NCBI GenBank assembly: GCA_963785305.1 | Contig: CAWAUV010000005.1 | Location: 672,001-736,000, forward strand | DNA: 64,000 bases | Reading direction: 5' to 3' | Origin: an uncultured Planctomycetaceae bacterium | Lineage (GTDB): Bacteria; Planctomycetota; Planctomycetia; Pirellulales; PALSA-1355 | In this document: positions 49,838 to 64,000 of the stretch, in pieces | How the letters are laid out: the number at the start of each line of letters is the position of its first letter | Position numbering within the stretch: the stretch's first letter is position 1 | The notes under the pieces: model-generated | The model's input: only the letters and a program-made list of their open reading frames with translations | What the model was told of the DNA's origin: nothing | Database searches by the model: none | Program-made: the position numbers and the translations under genes

Positions 49838-52350
49838 ATGGGCGCAGCTTCCCGAGGCGGTTTTTTTCGCGGCGGTACTGTTCGCGCCGGCGCCGCTCGC
49901 CCTCTCATGGCAATAGTTCGCCTCCTTCCCGCCGTTTGGCCCGTGCTGGCGGCGCTGAGTCTGCTGCCCAGCGCACGGCCGAGGCACAATTCTTTGGCCA
50001 AGCCTCGTTCGAGCTCTCGGCCGCGGTGCATGTCGACGAGGCGGAGAGCGCTACCCGAGCCCAGCTTGAGCGCGTGCGGGCCTGCGTGGCCGATGCGCAG
50101 TGGGACGAAGCGGTCGAGACCCTGCGACGGATCATGGAGAATCCGGCCGGCAAACTGATGCTCATCGCCGAAAACCGCTATGTCAGCCTCGGAGATTATT
50201 GCCAGGCCCAGATCGCGGCGCTGCCGCCGCCGGGTCTCAAGCTTTACCGGGAGCGCGTCGATTCGCTTGCCGAGCGCTCCTATCGCGAGGGGATTGCCCA
50301 GCGCGATCGGGCCCGGCTTGAAAATGGCTTGTCGCATTTTTTCGCGAGTTCTTGGGGCGACAAATCGCTCTTGGCCTTGGGCGAAATCGCCTTGGAAGAA
50401 GGTCGCCATGCCGCGGCTCGCAGCTATTGGGAGGCGATGCTCGAACATCCACCGCAGGTGATCGCCGCCGCGAAGTTCGACTTTGCCCACGCCGCCGCCG
50501 AGCGGGCCGAGCACGCCGGCGCTCCCGGCGCCGAAGCCGACCTGGCGCTGGTTGATCGCTGGTATGCGATCGATCGCTCCCCCGATCCGCCGACGTATCG
50601 CCTGCGAACGGAACTGCCGCTGGGCGACGACGACTCGGCCGCGCTCACGCGATTTTGGAAAGTCGCGGGGCTCGCGCCCTCCACGCTCAGCTACCCCGGC
50701 ACAACCGTGCCGCTGGCCGATATTCGCGCTCGGCTCATCCTGGCTTCGATCGGCGAAGGCGGGCTCGAGCGGGCCGCCGGCGAATTGTCCGCCTTTGAGC
50801 GATTGCATTCCAACGCCGCCGGACACTTAGCCGGTCGCGATGGCAATTATGTGGCGACGCTCAAAGCACTTTTGGCCGAAGCGGCTCATTGGCCGGCCGA
50901 GCCAGTTTCGCCCGATTGGCCCACGTTCGCCGGCTCGCCGGAGCGCAACAAAGTGGTCGACAGCCCGCTCGAATTGGGCGCACAAGCATGGCCTCCGATC
51001 GAACTGGGCGAACCGCAGACGGCCGACGTGGCGAATATGCGCATGTTCAGCTTGCGCCGCGTGGCCGAAGACGCCCAGGGGCTGCTGAGCTATCACCCGA
51101 TTGTCGTGGGCGATCTGATACTCGTGGCCAAGCAAACGCAGCTCTTCGCGTTCAATCTTTATACCGGCAAGCCCGCTTGGCCCGGCGGCGGAGCGGCGCA
51201 CGCGCCGGGCGAATTCTTTTCCGACGATCTTCCAGTGCATGCGGTGCGGCTCAATCGCGGCCTGGGCGTGCCGCGTTACACGCTCACGGCTCACGAGGGC
51301 CGACTCTATGCTCGCACCGGCTCGCAAGTGACCAGCCATCCGCTCGATTCGCAAGAGAGCGCCGGCGGCCATTTGGCCTGTTTTGATCTCACGTCCCAGG
51401 GGCTATTGCTTTGGAAAATCTCGCCCGATGATGACCGCTGGTCGTTCGGCGGATCGCCGGTGGTCGCCGGGGCCAATGTTTACATCACGATGCGAAAGAG
51501 CGACGTGCGTCCGCAAGAACACATCGCCTGCTTCGACGCCCAAACCGGCAAGCGCCGCTGGCGCACCATGATCTGCGCCGCCGAGACTCCGGGTGGCGGG
51601 CAGGAAGAGATGTCGCACAACCTGCTCACGCTGGCCGAAGGCACGCTCTACGCCAACACGAATCTCGGCGCCGTGGCGGCGATCCGGCCCGAAGACGGCT
51701 CGCTAAAATGGGTCTCGCTCTATCGCCGCGCATCGCGCACCGCCCAAGGACAAGATCGCCGGGCCGCGCATTTTTATCGCGATCTGACCCCGGCGATGTT
51801 CCGTCGAGGCGCGCTCCTCGTGGCGCCGGCCGACTGCGAGAGTATTTTCGCCCTCGATTCCGGGTCGGGGCAAATGATCTGGGAAAGCCATCTGGCCGAA
51901 GACGCGGTGCATCTGCTGGGCGTGGGCGGCGGCGCGCTCATCGCCAGCGGCGATCGGCTGTGGTGGATCGACGCCACGGGCGGAAAAGTGCTCGACAATT
52001 GGCCATCGGAAACCCCCCATGGCTTCGGGCGCGGGGTGCTGGCCGGCGGACGCGTTTATTGGCCCACCCGCGAATTTCTCTATGTCTTCAATCAGCGAAT
52101 TCCTCCTCGAACGCATGCCACGATGGTTCGCGACCCGATTGCGCTGGCGGCCGGCCGCGGCGCTTCGGGTGGCAATCTGATTCCGGCCGACGGCGTGCTG
52201 CTGGTGGCCACGGCCAATAAATTGTATGGTTTCCGTCAGCCCGGCGGTCCGGCGGACGCGCTACGCAAGGCCTCGCGCGCGGCTGGCGCTCGAGCGCCGC
52301 CGCCGGCTGCCGCCGAGAGCGTTCCGGTCGAACCGAAAGCACGATTTTAA
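49838..52350 (+). CDS. PQQ-like beta-propeller (BamB-like) protein with N-terminal helical region (probable frameshift near 49980)
   Basis: DWPTFAGSPERN, AFNLYTGKPAW, CFDAQTGKRRW and ALDSGSGQMIW repeats. Confidence 0.85.
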
Positions 52351-52371
52351 ACTCCCGGCGCAGGCGCATGA

Positions 52372-53514
<1,143 letters not shown>

Positions 53515-54449
53515 GCTCGAGGGACTCGAGTTGCGGGCGAGGCTGATCGTGGAAGGCTATGTGGCGGGGGTGCATCGCAGCCCGTTCCATGGTTTTTCGA
53601 TCGAATTCGCCGAGCATCGCGAGTATGTGCAGGGCGACGACCTGCGATACGTCGACTGGAAAGTATTCGGCAAGACCGACAAGGTATATCTCAAGCAGTA
53701 CGAGGAGGAAACGAATCTCGTCAGCTATTTGCTGCTCGACACGAGCGAAAGCATGCTCTACAAGAGCGCCGGCGCCCCGCTCTCGAAGCTCGAATACGCC
53801 CAGTGCCTGGCGTCGGCCTTGGCCTACCTGGTGCTGCGGCAGCAAGACAGCGTGGGACTTGCCACTTTCGATCGCGAGATTCGCCCTGGTGCGCTCGAGC
53901 AGCAATCCCTCGCATTTGCGGCAATTGCTGCATGTGATGGGGCGGGCGACCGCCGAGCGAAAGACGAATACCGGCCCGATCTTCCATGATCTGGCCGAGC
54001 GGTTGAGAAAGCGCGGCATCGTCATCATTCTCAGCGACTTGTTCGACAACGTCGCCTCGATTATGGCGGGGCTCAAGCACTTTCGCCACCGGCGGCATGA
54101 AGTGATTCTATTGCATATGCTCGATCCGGCCGAACTCGACTTTCCTTTCCGCGACATGACCATGTTCAAGGGACTCGAAGAGGCGACCGATGTGCTGGCC
54201 GATCCGAAGTCGCTGCGCGACGCCTATCTCCGCGAGTTCGGGGCGTTTACCCAGGCCATCAAGCGCAGAGCGCGGGCACTGCAGATCGACTATGTGCTCG
54301 CCCGCACGGATGAGAACCTCGACCTTGTGCTGTCCACCTATTTGGCCTCGCGAATGAGTCGCGCTCGTTGACCGCGAGGCGGGCGAAAAGCCAGTCCCGC
54401 GCATGGAAGCAAAACCACGTGGTTCGCACGATAACTTAGCGGAGAATTC

Positions 54450-56781
54450 ATGGGCCCGGTGTTCGGCGGAGCGAACTTGCTGGCGTTTGGATTCGGCAGC
54501 CTGGCAATGCTGGGCTGGCTGGCGGCGGCGGCCGCGCCGATCGTGATCCACCTCTGGAACAAACGCAAATATCGCGAAATTCACTGGGCCGCCATGGAAT
54601 ACCTGCTGGCGGCGATGCGCAAGAACTCGCGGCGCATTCAGGTCGAGCAGTGGATTCTGCTCGCGGTGCGCACCGCGCTCGTGGCCTTGGTGGCGCTGGC
54701 CGCCGCCCAACCGTTTCTCGAACGCTTCGGGCTCGATTTCGTCGCCGGCCAGCGCACGCTCAAACTGCTGGTGATCGATGGCTCGTATTCCATGGCGTTC
54801 AAGCCCTCGGAGAAGAGCCGGTTCGAGCGGGCCAAGCAGCTTGCCTCGCAGATCGTGGGCGAAAGCCATCAGGGCGACGCGTTCACCTTGGTGCTCATGT
54901 CCACGCCGCCGGCGGTGATTGTCGGCACGCCGGCCGTCGAGCCGCGGGCCTTTCTCGACGAAATCGAAAACCTGAAGCCCGCCCACGGCGGGGCCGATCT
55001 CGTGGCCACGCTGGCCAAGGTCGATGAAGTGCTCGGCAAAGCCGATCAATCCAGCTTCCCGCGCCGCGAGGTCTATTTTCTCAGCGACCTGCAGGCGCGT
55101 GACCTGGATGCCCGACGCCCCGAGCGATTTCGCCTCGCGCCGGCCAGCCCAAGCCGCCGCCGATGCTTCGCCGCCGACCGATGTCGCCGCCCAGCTTGGG
55201 GCCAACCAAGTCGGAAAGAACCAAGGCGGGGCCGAGCCAGCAAACCCGGCCGAACCGCCCGCGGCCGGCGGTTTTCGCGATCTGGTCGATCGGCTCGGCC
55301 GCGTGGCCAATCTGATCGTGATCGATGTCGGCCAGCAAGGCGGAAGCGAAAATCTGGCGATTACCGGCTTGCGGACCAGCGAGCCGTTCGTCACCACCGG
55401 CGATGATGTTTCGCTCGAAGGACAAGTTCGCAATTTCGGCACGCAGCCGCAAAACCATCGCTTGGTGGAATGTTACGTCGACGGCCGGCGCGTGCGGGAA
55501 ACGTATGTCGATGTTCCGGCCGGAGAACAAGCGCCCGTGGCCTTCCGGCATCGGTTCGACACCGCCGCCAACCATGGTGTCGAATTCCGTTTGGCCTCCG
55601 ATCTGCTCGATGTCGACAACCATCGCTGGCTCTCGCAAACGGTGAAAGACTATCTGCGCGTGCTTTGCGTCAACGGCAAGCCGGCGACCGGCGGCATGTC
55701 GGGCGCCACGGATTATCTGGCCCGCGCGCTCAATCCCGAGGAAGACGCCGCGCATCATGGCGTGGTGCGGCCGGAGGTGATTCCGGAAAGCGCGCTCGTC
55801 GAGCGTGATCTCTCGGCCTACGATTGCATCTTTCTTTGCAACATCGGCCAATTCACCGCCAGCGAAGCCCGACTGCTCGATGCTTACACGCGCGCCGGCG
55901 GCGGGCTCGTGATCTTCTTGGGCGACCAGACCATGCCCGACCGCTACAACCGCCTGCTCGGCCCCGGCGCCGAGACTCCGCTGCTCGGCGCCAAACTGGG
56001 AGCCAAGGTCGATGAGTCGCAGTATCGCTTCGACCCGCTCGAATACAAGCATCCGCTCGTGGCCGCGTTTCAAGGTCGCGAGCAAGCCGGTTTGCTCACC
56101 ACGCCCATCTATCAATATTACCGGCTGACCGTGCCGGAGCATTCCTCGGCTCGGGTGGCGCTCGGTTTCGAGGGCGGCGATCCGGCCGTGGTGGAGCAAG
56201 CCGTGGGTCGCGGTCGCGTGATTTTGGTGGCAACCGATGGATCGCTATCATCGATCGACCCGGCGACCCACATGCCTTGGACCGCCTGGGCGGCCTGGCC
56301 AAGTTATCTGCCGCTGGTGCAAGAAATGTTGGCCGAGGCGGTCGCGGGGCAGCAATCGCAGCGCAATCTGCTGGTCGGACAGACGATTTCCGAATCGGCG
56401 CCCGCCTCCTTGCGTGGGCCGCTCACGCTGATCGCGCCCGATGGCCGCCGCGAGGAGCTGCGCGTGGCGACCGACGCCGAGGGCGGTCGCTGGACCGCGG
56501 CCGACGCCAGCACGAGCGGGCCTTATACGCTGGAGGCCGGGTCGACGCGGCCCGAGATTTTCGCGGTGAATGTCGACACCGCCGAAAGCAATCTAGCCCG
56601 AATCGATCCGTCGGACCTGCCGCGAGGCTTTACGATGAACCACGCCGCGGCGCTCGAGGAGTCGGAAGAAAATGTGGCCGGGGAGCGAGGCAGTTTGAGT
56701 AAGATGCTGCTCTATGCGGCGCTGGCGCTCGTGTTTTGCGAAACCTTTCTCGCGTGGCGGTTCGGAAACCGAAACTCATGA
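54450..56781 (+). CDS. BatA-domain / VWA membrane protein (frameshift near 55095)
   Basis: AAPIVIHLWN..WAAMEYL, VIDGSYSM, FLSDLQ, AVNVDTAESNL and a C-terminal TM segment. Confidence 0.88.
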
Positions 56782-59224
56782 GCGGCATAGTTCCTCCTTG
56801 GTTGCAACGGTGGTTGGGCGTCGAAGCCACGAACGCCGGCGAAGGTATTTCGTGGAGCATCGACAACTCCTGGGGTTGGGCGCCCTGGATCACGCTCCTA
56901 TTCGCGATCTTCGCCGTGGCGTGGGTCGCCTATTTCTATGCTCGCGAAATTTCGACCGCCGGCCGCGTCTATCGCTCGCTCTTGGCCGGATTGCGACTGG
57001 GAATGATTCTGATCCTGTCGCTCATGATCGCCGAACTGATGCTCTCGCTCCGACGCACCGGATTGCCCACCGTGGTGGTGCTGGTCGATGATTCCGCCAG
57101 CATGGGCATCGTCGATCGCTATGACGACGAGAAGCTGCGCGCTCGTCGCCCAACGATTGAAAGCCGCCGGCTTTTCCGACACGCCCGGTAGCGGCCGGGC
57201 AGGCGCCGCGAAAAGCTCGAGCCCGGCCGGCGATGCCGACAAGACCGCCACGCGGCTCAATCTGGCCAAAAGCTTGCTCGTGGCCGGAAAAAACCCGATC
57301 CTCGCCGAGATCGAACGCAACTACAAGCTTCGGGTCTATGCCGTGTCGACCGCGGCCCGAGCGCTCGGCGAGCGATTGCCGGGGGTCGACGAAGCGGTGA
57401 GGAAACTCGAACCCACGGGCCAAAGTTCTCGCCTGGGCGCTGCCCTGCACAGCGTGCTTGGCGACTTGCGCGGCACGCCGCCGGCCGCGATCGTGCTCGT
57501 TTCCGATGGTGTGTCGACCGATGGCGAGTCGCTGGCCGACGCCGCGAAATCCGTGCGTCGCAAAGGCACGCCGCTCTTTACCGTGGGCCTGGGCAACGAG
57601 CGCCCGGTGCGAGATCTCGAAGTGAGCGATCTCTTGGTCGACGAAGTGGTGTTCGTCGACGACATCGTGAACTTCGAGTTCAAACTGACCGGATCCGGCT
57701 TGACCGGTCGCAATGTCGATATCGTGCTACGGGAGAAAGATCATCCGCGCGTGCTGGCTCGGCTCAAGGCGGTGGTGGGAGCCGATGGCAAGCCCCAGCG
57801 ATTGCAATTGCCTTACCGACCCACCGAGACCGGCGAATTCGAATATGTCGTCGAGGCGCTGCCGGTGGCCGATGAAATCCAATCGGAGAACAACCGCCAA
57901 ACCCGGGTGGTGAGCGTGCGCAAGGAGCGGATTCGCGCGCTCTTCGCGCAGGCCTATCCCAACAACGAATTTCGATATCTCAAGCACATGCTCGAGCGCG
58001 ACGGCACCGTGCAGTTGCGCACCGTGCTGCAAGACGCCGACGTGGAGTACGCCGAGCTCGATCAATCGGCGCTGCCGATCTTTCCGGTTCGTCGCGACGA
58101 GCTCTTCGAATATGATTGCGTGCTCTTGGGCGATGTGAATCCCGCGCTCTTGAGCACCAGCGCGCTCGCGAATCTAGCGGCGTTTGTCGAGGAAAAGGGC
58201 GGCGGCGTGGCGTTTATCGCCGGACCGCTCCATATGCCGCTCGCCTACCGCGGCACACCCCTCGAGCCGCTCTTTCCAGTCGAGCTCGGCGCCGCCACCG
58301 CGCCGCCCGAGGGGCAAGCCATTACCGAGGGCTTTGTTCCGCTGCCCACGGATATGGGCCTCGCGAGCCCGCAAATGCAGCTCGGCGACAATCTGGTCGA
58401 GACGACTGCGCATTTGGCGCGATCTGCCGCCCTTGTACTGGTTGCTTGAAACGCCGAGCATGAAGCCCGCGGCCCGAGTGCTGGCCGAGCATCCGGATCG
58501 CGTCGGGCCCGATGGCCGCAAGTTGCCGGTCTTCTCGATGCAATACTATGGCGCCGGGCGGGTGCTGTTTCATGCGACCGACGAAACCTGGCGCTGGCGA
58601 TATCGGGTGGGCGATGTGTTTTTCGCCCGCTACTGGGTACAAGCAATTCGTTATCTCAGCCGCGCGAAGCTCTTGGGCAAGGATCGCTCCGCCGAATTGA
58701 GCGCCGAGCGGCGGGAATATCGCCGCGGCGACACTGCCCGGCTGCGTGCCCGCTTTCTTGATGAACGGCTCGCGCCGGCCGAGGACGATGGCGTGACGGT
58801 GGTCGTGGAGCGCGAGGGCCGCGAGAGCCAGCGGATCAAGCTCGAGCGCGCCGCGACCGGCCGCGGTGTGTTCGAAGCCGGCGTGAGCGGCCTGCTCGAT
58901 GGAAAATACCATGCTTGGATCGCCACCCCCACCTTGCCGGGCAAGGCGCCGAGCGCCGATTTTCTGGTCACCGCCCCGCCCGGCGAGCTCGAGCGTTTGC
59001 AGATGGATTCGGCCGAATTGGAGCAAGCCGCCACGGAAACGCATGGCCATTTTTATCGACTGCCGGATGTGGATCGCCTTGTCGACGACTTGCCCCAAGG
59101 TCGCCGAGTGCCGATCGAGACCCTTCCGCCCGAAGTTTTGTGGAACCGCTGTTGGGTGCTCACGGTGTTCGTGACCCTGGCGACCAGCGAATGGATTCTG
59201 CGGAAACGCAAGGGAATGTTATAA
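56778..59224 (+). CDS. VWA plus class I glutamine-amidotransferase-like membrane protein (frameshifts near 57145 and 58410)
   Basis: LVDDSASM, LVSDG, EFRYLK, YDCVLLGDV, TDETWRWR and EWILRKR motifs. Confidence 0.85.
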
Positions 59225-59279
59225 TGCGGTTGCGAAATTGGCCGAGCATCGTACCTAAGTCCAGGCCAAGGAGAGGCGC

Positions 59280-62200
59280 ATGAGCCATCCGCTCGAGCGG
59301 CAAATCGGCGACACGCGACGTCAGGCGCGGCGGTTGCTTTTGCGCTACGGACTCGCTTGGACATTAGCGATCGCGCTCTCGGTCGCCCTCGTCTTGACGC
59401 TCGCCGACTTCGCGCTCCGATTCGAGGACCGCGGCATTCGGCTCATGTGCAGCCTCGCGGCCGTGGGGGGGCTGCTCGCGGCCGCGTATCGTTTCGCCTA
59501 TCGGCCGCTCGGGCGGAAGATGTCCAATGTCGAAATCGCCCAATCGATCGAACGGCGGTTTCCCCAACTTGGCGAGCGGCTCAGCTCGGCGATCGATTTT
59601 CTCGGGCGCCAGGAAGACGATCCGGGCGCCGGCTCGGCGTTGCTCCGCCGCTCGGTCATCCATGAGACCGAACAAGTGATGGCCGATTTGCCGGTCGATG
59701 AGTCGCTCGATCGCCGGCCGGCGCGCTGCGCCCTGGCCGTGGCCGCGGCGGTGATGCTCGTGACGCTCGCGATCGTGGCTTTCGCGCCGCGCTTGGCGGC
59801 GCTCGCGGCGCTGCGGCTGGCCAAGCCGTTTGGCGACGATCGCTGGCCGCGCGACAACAACCTCGAGTTTCGCGCGGCGCCCTCGCGGCTCGCCGTGGGC
59901 GATTCCTTCGAAGCCGAACTAGTCGACGCCGGTGGTCTCTTGCCCGAGGAAGTTCGCATCTACTATCGCCACGAAACCGCGAACGGCCCCAGCGATTCCG
60001 TCGAAATCGCGCATCCCCAGGGCAACCGGTTCACCGTGCAAAAGAAAGAGGTCGATCGGCCGTTTTCATTTCGGGCCGAGGGCGGCGACGATCATCAAAT
60101 GCCCTGGCGCTCGGTCGACGTGATCGAAACACCGCGCGTCGAAGCACTCAAGGTCGTGGTCACCCCGCCGGCCTATACCGGCTGGCCCGCCGAGCCAAGC
60201 GATTCGCGAATCCAAGCGCTGCGCGGTTCGCGGCTCGAGTTCACCGGCGCCGCCACCAAGCCGCTCAAAGCCATCGCCTGGCGCCAAGGCGATCGGGTAA
60301 TGGCCGGTGTCGTGGCCGACGATCGCCTCGGATTTCATGTCCCCTCGCCGGGAAATCAATTGCTGGTCGAAGGGAGCGGCGAGTATCGCTTCGACCTCAC
60401 CGACGCCGAGGAGCTCGTCGGCGGCAAAGGCGAGCATTGGGAGATTCAGGCCCTGGTCGACGCGGCGCCCACGGTGACGATCGAAGAGCCGGCTGGAAAC
60501 ATTTTTGTCACGGCTCGGGCCAGCGTGCCGATCAAGATCGTGGCGAAAGACGATTTGGCGCTCCATGAAATCGCGCTGCACTCGCTGGAGTCGAATCATT
60601 CGGACACCGGCGAAGTTCGCACGGAGCTCTATCGCGGACCCGAGCGGCATCCGCCCGCCCCGACCGGCGCGGAAGCGGTTGGCGGCGAGCGAGGCGATAG
60701 CCGCGCGGTGACCTATGCGCTCGAGCTCGCCCCGCTCGACCTAAAGCCCGGCGCCACGCTGACGTTCTTCGCCAGCGCCGCCGATTACATGCCGCAGCAG
60801 GGCCAAAGCGCTCCGCGCAAGCTCACGATCCTGAGTCCCCGCGAATTCGAAGACCGCATCGCCCAGCGGCAATCGCTGATTCATGGCGAAATCGCCCGGG
60901 CTCTCAAAGTGCAGCAAGAAACGCGCACTCAGACCGGCGCGCTTGAAATCCAGGCTCGCGACGTTGGGAAACTAACCAAGGCCGATCTCGACCGAGCCCA
61001 AGCGGCCGAGATGAATCAGCGACAGGTAAAACGCATGCTGGCCGGCGAGCGCGACGGTGTGCGGGCTGGCATCAAAGAGCTGTTTGCCGAACTAGCGAAC
61101 AACCGCGTCGATAGCCCTGATTTGAAGCGGCAGATGCAAGAGATGCTCGAGGAGCTCGCGCGACTCGGCGACGAGCAATTGGGCCCGATCGAGCGCGAAT
61201 TGACCGGCGCCGTGAAAGACGCCCGGAGCGAGCTCGCCCAAGCCGACGCGTCCAATGAAGCAGAGCGACCGGCGGCCGAAAACAACGATGGCGATAAACA
61301 AGGCGCCGGTAAACAAGACACGACTAAGCAAGACACTGGTAAGCAAAGTGGCGACAAACAAGATCGTGGTCGACAAGAAGGCGATCGCGCGGCGGGTGAA
61401 AAGCAGCCCGGTCCCGTGGCCCGCGAGCTTGCCAACGCCGGAGAGCATCAAGAGCGAGTCATCGAGTCGCTCGAAGCCATGCTTGGCCGGCTAGGCCAGT
61501 GGGACAATTATCGCCGTTTTGGGCGCGAGGTGGCCCAGCTTCGCCAGCAACAAGAAGACCTACTCACATCCACGCGCGAAGCCGCCGGCAAGACCTTGGG
61601 CAAGGACTTGAAGGACCTTGATCCGCAGCAGCAGGCGGATCTCAAAAAAGTGGCCGGCCGCCAAACCGAGTTGGCTCGCCAGCTCGATAAGCTCGAACAG
61701 CAAATGTCGGAAGCCCGCGAGCGGCTCGCCGACGAGGACCCCGTGGCGTCGGAAACCCTGGGCGACGCGCTCGATCAGGCTCGCCAGCGCGGTCAGCGGC
61801 GCAATGCGCAAGGCGGGCGAAGCCGCCGAGCGCAATCAGGTGTCGCAAGCCGTGGAATCGCAAAAACAAATCTCGCAAGAGCTCGACGAACTGCAAAACA
61901 TTCTCTCCAATCGGCGCGAGCAAGAACTCGGCCGACTGGTGCGCAAGCTCAAGGAAGCGGAGCGGAGCCTCGAGCAGTTTCGCAAGCAGCAAGCCGGACT
62001 CCGCAAAAAGATGGCCGAGCTCGACAAACAACCGGCGCCCGAGGGAGCCGAAGCCCAGGCCGGGCGCAAAAAAAGAACTCGAACGGCTGACGCGTGAAGA
62101 ACGAAACCTGCAAACCGAAGCCCAGCGGCTCGCCCGGCGGCTCGAGCGGTTGCAGGCGGACAAGGCTGGTCAGAAGATGGCGCGCACCGCCGGCCGCATG

Positions 62201-63078
62201 GGGCAGTCGGGCCAAGCGGGCGAACAGGGCGCCACGGGCGATGCGGGCGCAGCCGCCGAACAGGCCCAGAAAGATCTCGACGAAGCGCAAGAACAATTGG
62301 CCCAGCGCCGCCGGCAAGCTGAAGCGGACTTGGCGCAAGAGCAAATGGCTCGCATCGAGGAAAGCATCAAGAGTCTGCGCGGACGCCAGTCGCAATTGCG
62401 CGGCGAAGCGACTCGTTATGCCGAAACATTGAAGGCCAAGGGCCGTTTCACGCGCGGTGAATCGGCGGGTGTCCAAACCCTTGGGCGGCAAGAAAAAGGC
62501 CTCTCGGCCGAGACCACGGCGCTGGCCGAAAAGGTTTCGGCGGCGGAAGTGTTTCATCTCGCGCTCACCGCGGCGTCGGGGAATATGGACCAGGCGGCGG
62601 CTCTGCTCCACCAGCGCGAAGTAGGCGCCGCCACGCAAGAAGCCATCGCCGCCGCCGAGCGCCGGCTCGATCGCATTCTCGCCGCGCTAGGCGAAAGCAA
62701 ACAACAAGGCGACAAGGCCAATGCCGGCCAGAACGAAGATCGCAATGGCGAAGCCGGCGAGGAGCAATCCCAACAACGGCGCAAGACGGCATCCGCTCGA
62801 TCGCCGAGTTGCGTTTGCTTAAGTTGATGCAGGAGGATTTGCTCGAGCGGTTCCGAACCATCGCCGCCAGCGACGAGCCTTCGCCAGCCGACCGCGCCGA
62901 ACGGCTCGAACAGCTTGCCGGCGAACAGGGCCGCTTGGCCGAGTTGACCATGAAGCTCTCGAAGCCCGAGCCCGATAACCTGGAAAACGATCTTGAAAAA
63001 TTACCCGATGTTCGCAAACCGCCGGAAGAAGCGTCCGAGCGCGACGCCGCGCCCGCGATGAAGGAGCCGCAACCATGA
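59280..63078 (+). CDS. Large membrane-anchored Q/E-rich coiled-coil protein, DUF4175-like (several frameshifts after 61790)
   Basis: N-terminal TMs, ERRFPQLGERLSSAIDF, PPAYTG and DAAPTV motifs, then a long coiled coil continuing in ORFs 61618..62097, 62150..62827 and 62809..63078. Confidence 0.8.
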
Positions 63079-64000
63079 TCGATATCGACCAGATCGCCGC
63101 GCGCTATCCGCGCGATCCGCGTCATCGCCGCCGGCGCGTTGCGCGTTTCGCGAGCTTCGCGCTGCTCTTTGCTTGCGGCGCCATGGCGCCGGCGACCATT
63201 TGGGCCGATGATCCCCCGGCCGAACCGAAGAGCCCGGCGCCACGATCGAGCCTCGATCAACAACTGCTCGACGATTTGGATAACGCGTTGCTCGATGGCG
63301 TGGAAAAGAAATTGCCGGAAAAGAGCAAACCGCCCGCGAAACCCGACGCGACGAAACCCGACGCGACGAAACCCGACGCGACGAAACCCGACGCCAAGGA
63401 GCCCGACGCCAAGGAGCCCGACGCGAAAACAACCGAAGCGGATAAACTCGAAACCGGCGGCGCCGAGCAACCGGGCTCTCCCAAGAAAACCGATGTGCCC
63501 GCGCCCGGCAAAGTGGCCGATCCCTCGGACACCGACACGATGGGTGAAGACATCGGCCAAGGCCCCGAAGACCCGCTCACGCGGATCGGCCGCGACATGC
63601 GGCGAGTCGAGCAGCTTATCGCCGAGCAAGAAGCCGCCCGCCGCGAGCCCCAGGCCGCCGGCGCCGATCAAATGCAAGAGAAGATCATCAAGGAATTGGC
63701 CGACCTGATCTCCGAACTCGAAAAGCAGCGAAAGCGGCAATCCAACTCGAATTCGAAGGGCAAGCGCTCCGGGCAGCAACCCGAGAGCGCCAAGCGCGAG
63801 CAAGTCAAGCAGCAGCGTCCCGCTTCGGCCAAGGCCAGTTCCTCGCCGACCGATAGCAGCCCCGAGCTGCGCGACCGCGCCGCGCAGCGGCCCGACGCGG
63901 CCCAGATGCAAGGCATGATGAAGGACCTTTGGGGCCAATTGCCCGCGCATGCCCGTGATCAAATGCTGCAAACGAGTCCCGAACAGTTTTTGCCTCGCTA
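63075..64000 (+). CDS. Hypothetical secreted protein of the MoxR cluster, runs off the window
   Basis: ATG 63075 overlaps the previous TGA; open frame ending ...MKDLWGQLPAHARDQMLQTSPEQFLPR; contains KPDAT repeats. Confidence 0.75.
   Translation, partial: MIDIDQIAARYPRDPRHRRRRVARFASFALLFACGAMAPATIWADDPPAEPKSPAPRSSLDQQLLDDLDNALLDGVEKKLPEKSKPPAKPDATKPDATKPDATKPDAKEPDAKEPDAKTTEADKLETGGAEQPGSPKKTDVPAPGKVADPSDTDTMGEDIGQGPEDPLTRIGRDMRRVEQLIAEQEAARREPQAAGADQMQEKIIKELADLISELEKQRKRQSNSNSKGKRSGQQPESAKREQVKQQRPASAKASSSPTDSSPELRDRAAQRPDAAQMQGMMKDLWGQLPAHARDQMLQTSPEQFLPR
63338..63427 (+). repeat. 15-nt tandem repeat encoding (KPDAT)3-KPDAK-(EPDAK)2
   Basis: GAAACCCGACGCGAC x3 followed by degenerate copies. 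Confidence 0.85.

Noticed and set aside
63338..63427. Tandem repeats as a CRISPR array
   Set aside because: Contiguous 15-nt in-frame units without spacers.
62565..63971. 468-aa minus-strand ORF with GFRRV repeats
   Set aside because: It is the antisense of the + strand gene starting at 63075 (KPDAT repeats), which fits the operon direction.

Overview
High-GC chromosomal window from a Planctomycetota (Pirellulales-like) genome. The taxonomic signals are a Planctomycete LExRxLL leader, a PEP-CTERM beta-helix protein, H-X9-DG/DUF1559-type and Cys-rich secreted proteins, methanofuran-type C1 genes and a MoxR-DUF58-BatA-VWA cluster. Many otherwise normal genes (carA, fmt, glgA, sat, DUF58, the PEP-CTERM protein) are split by 1-2 nt frameshifts. 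These are most likely sequencing or assembly indels, so such genes are reported as joined CDSs. The core content is carA, fmt, glgA, sat, cysH, rhaB, hddA/hddC/gmhA, two ECF sigma/anti-sigma pairs, tRNA-His(GTG) and tRNA-Lys(CTT). Mobile DNA comprises a complete ISAzo13-family IS (30877-32220, TAA target duplication), a small palindromic MITE-like family and a nested relic at 33.8-35.2 kb. In that relic a group II intron sits exactly inside the palindromic end (REP) of a REP-associated tyrosine transposase (RAYT) element, and its predicted EBS1/EBS2 loops are complementary to the REP. A second, intact REP plus a RAYT pseudogene truncates the intron RT, and the block joins fragments of a PilB/GspE-like gene and an RNase HII-like gene. 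Also notable are a lower-GC two-gene cassette (PD-(D/E)xK-like nuclease with a hydrophobic C-terminus plus a coiled-coil partner) near tRNA-His and a stand-alone RNA polymerase alpha-CTD gene.
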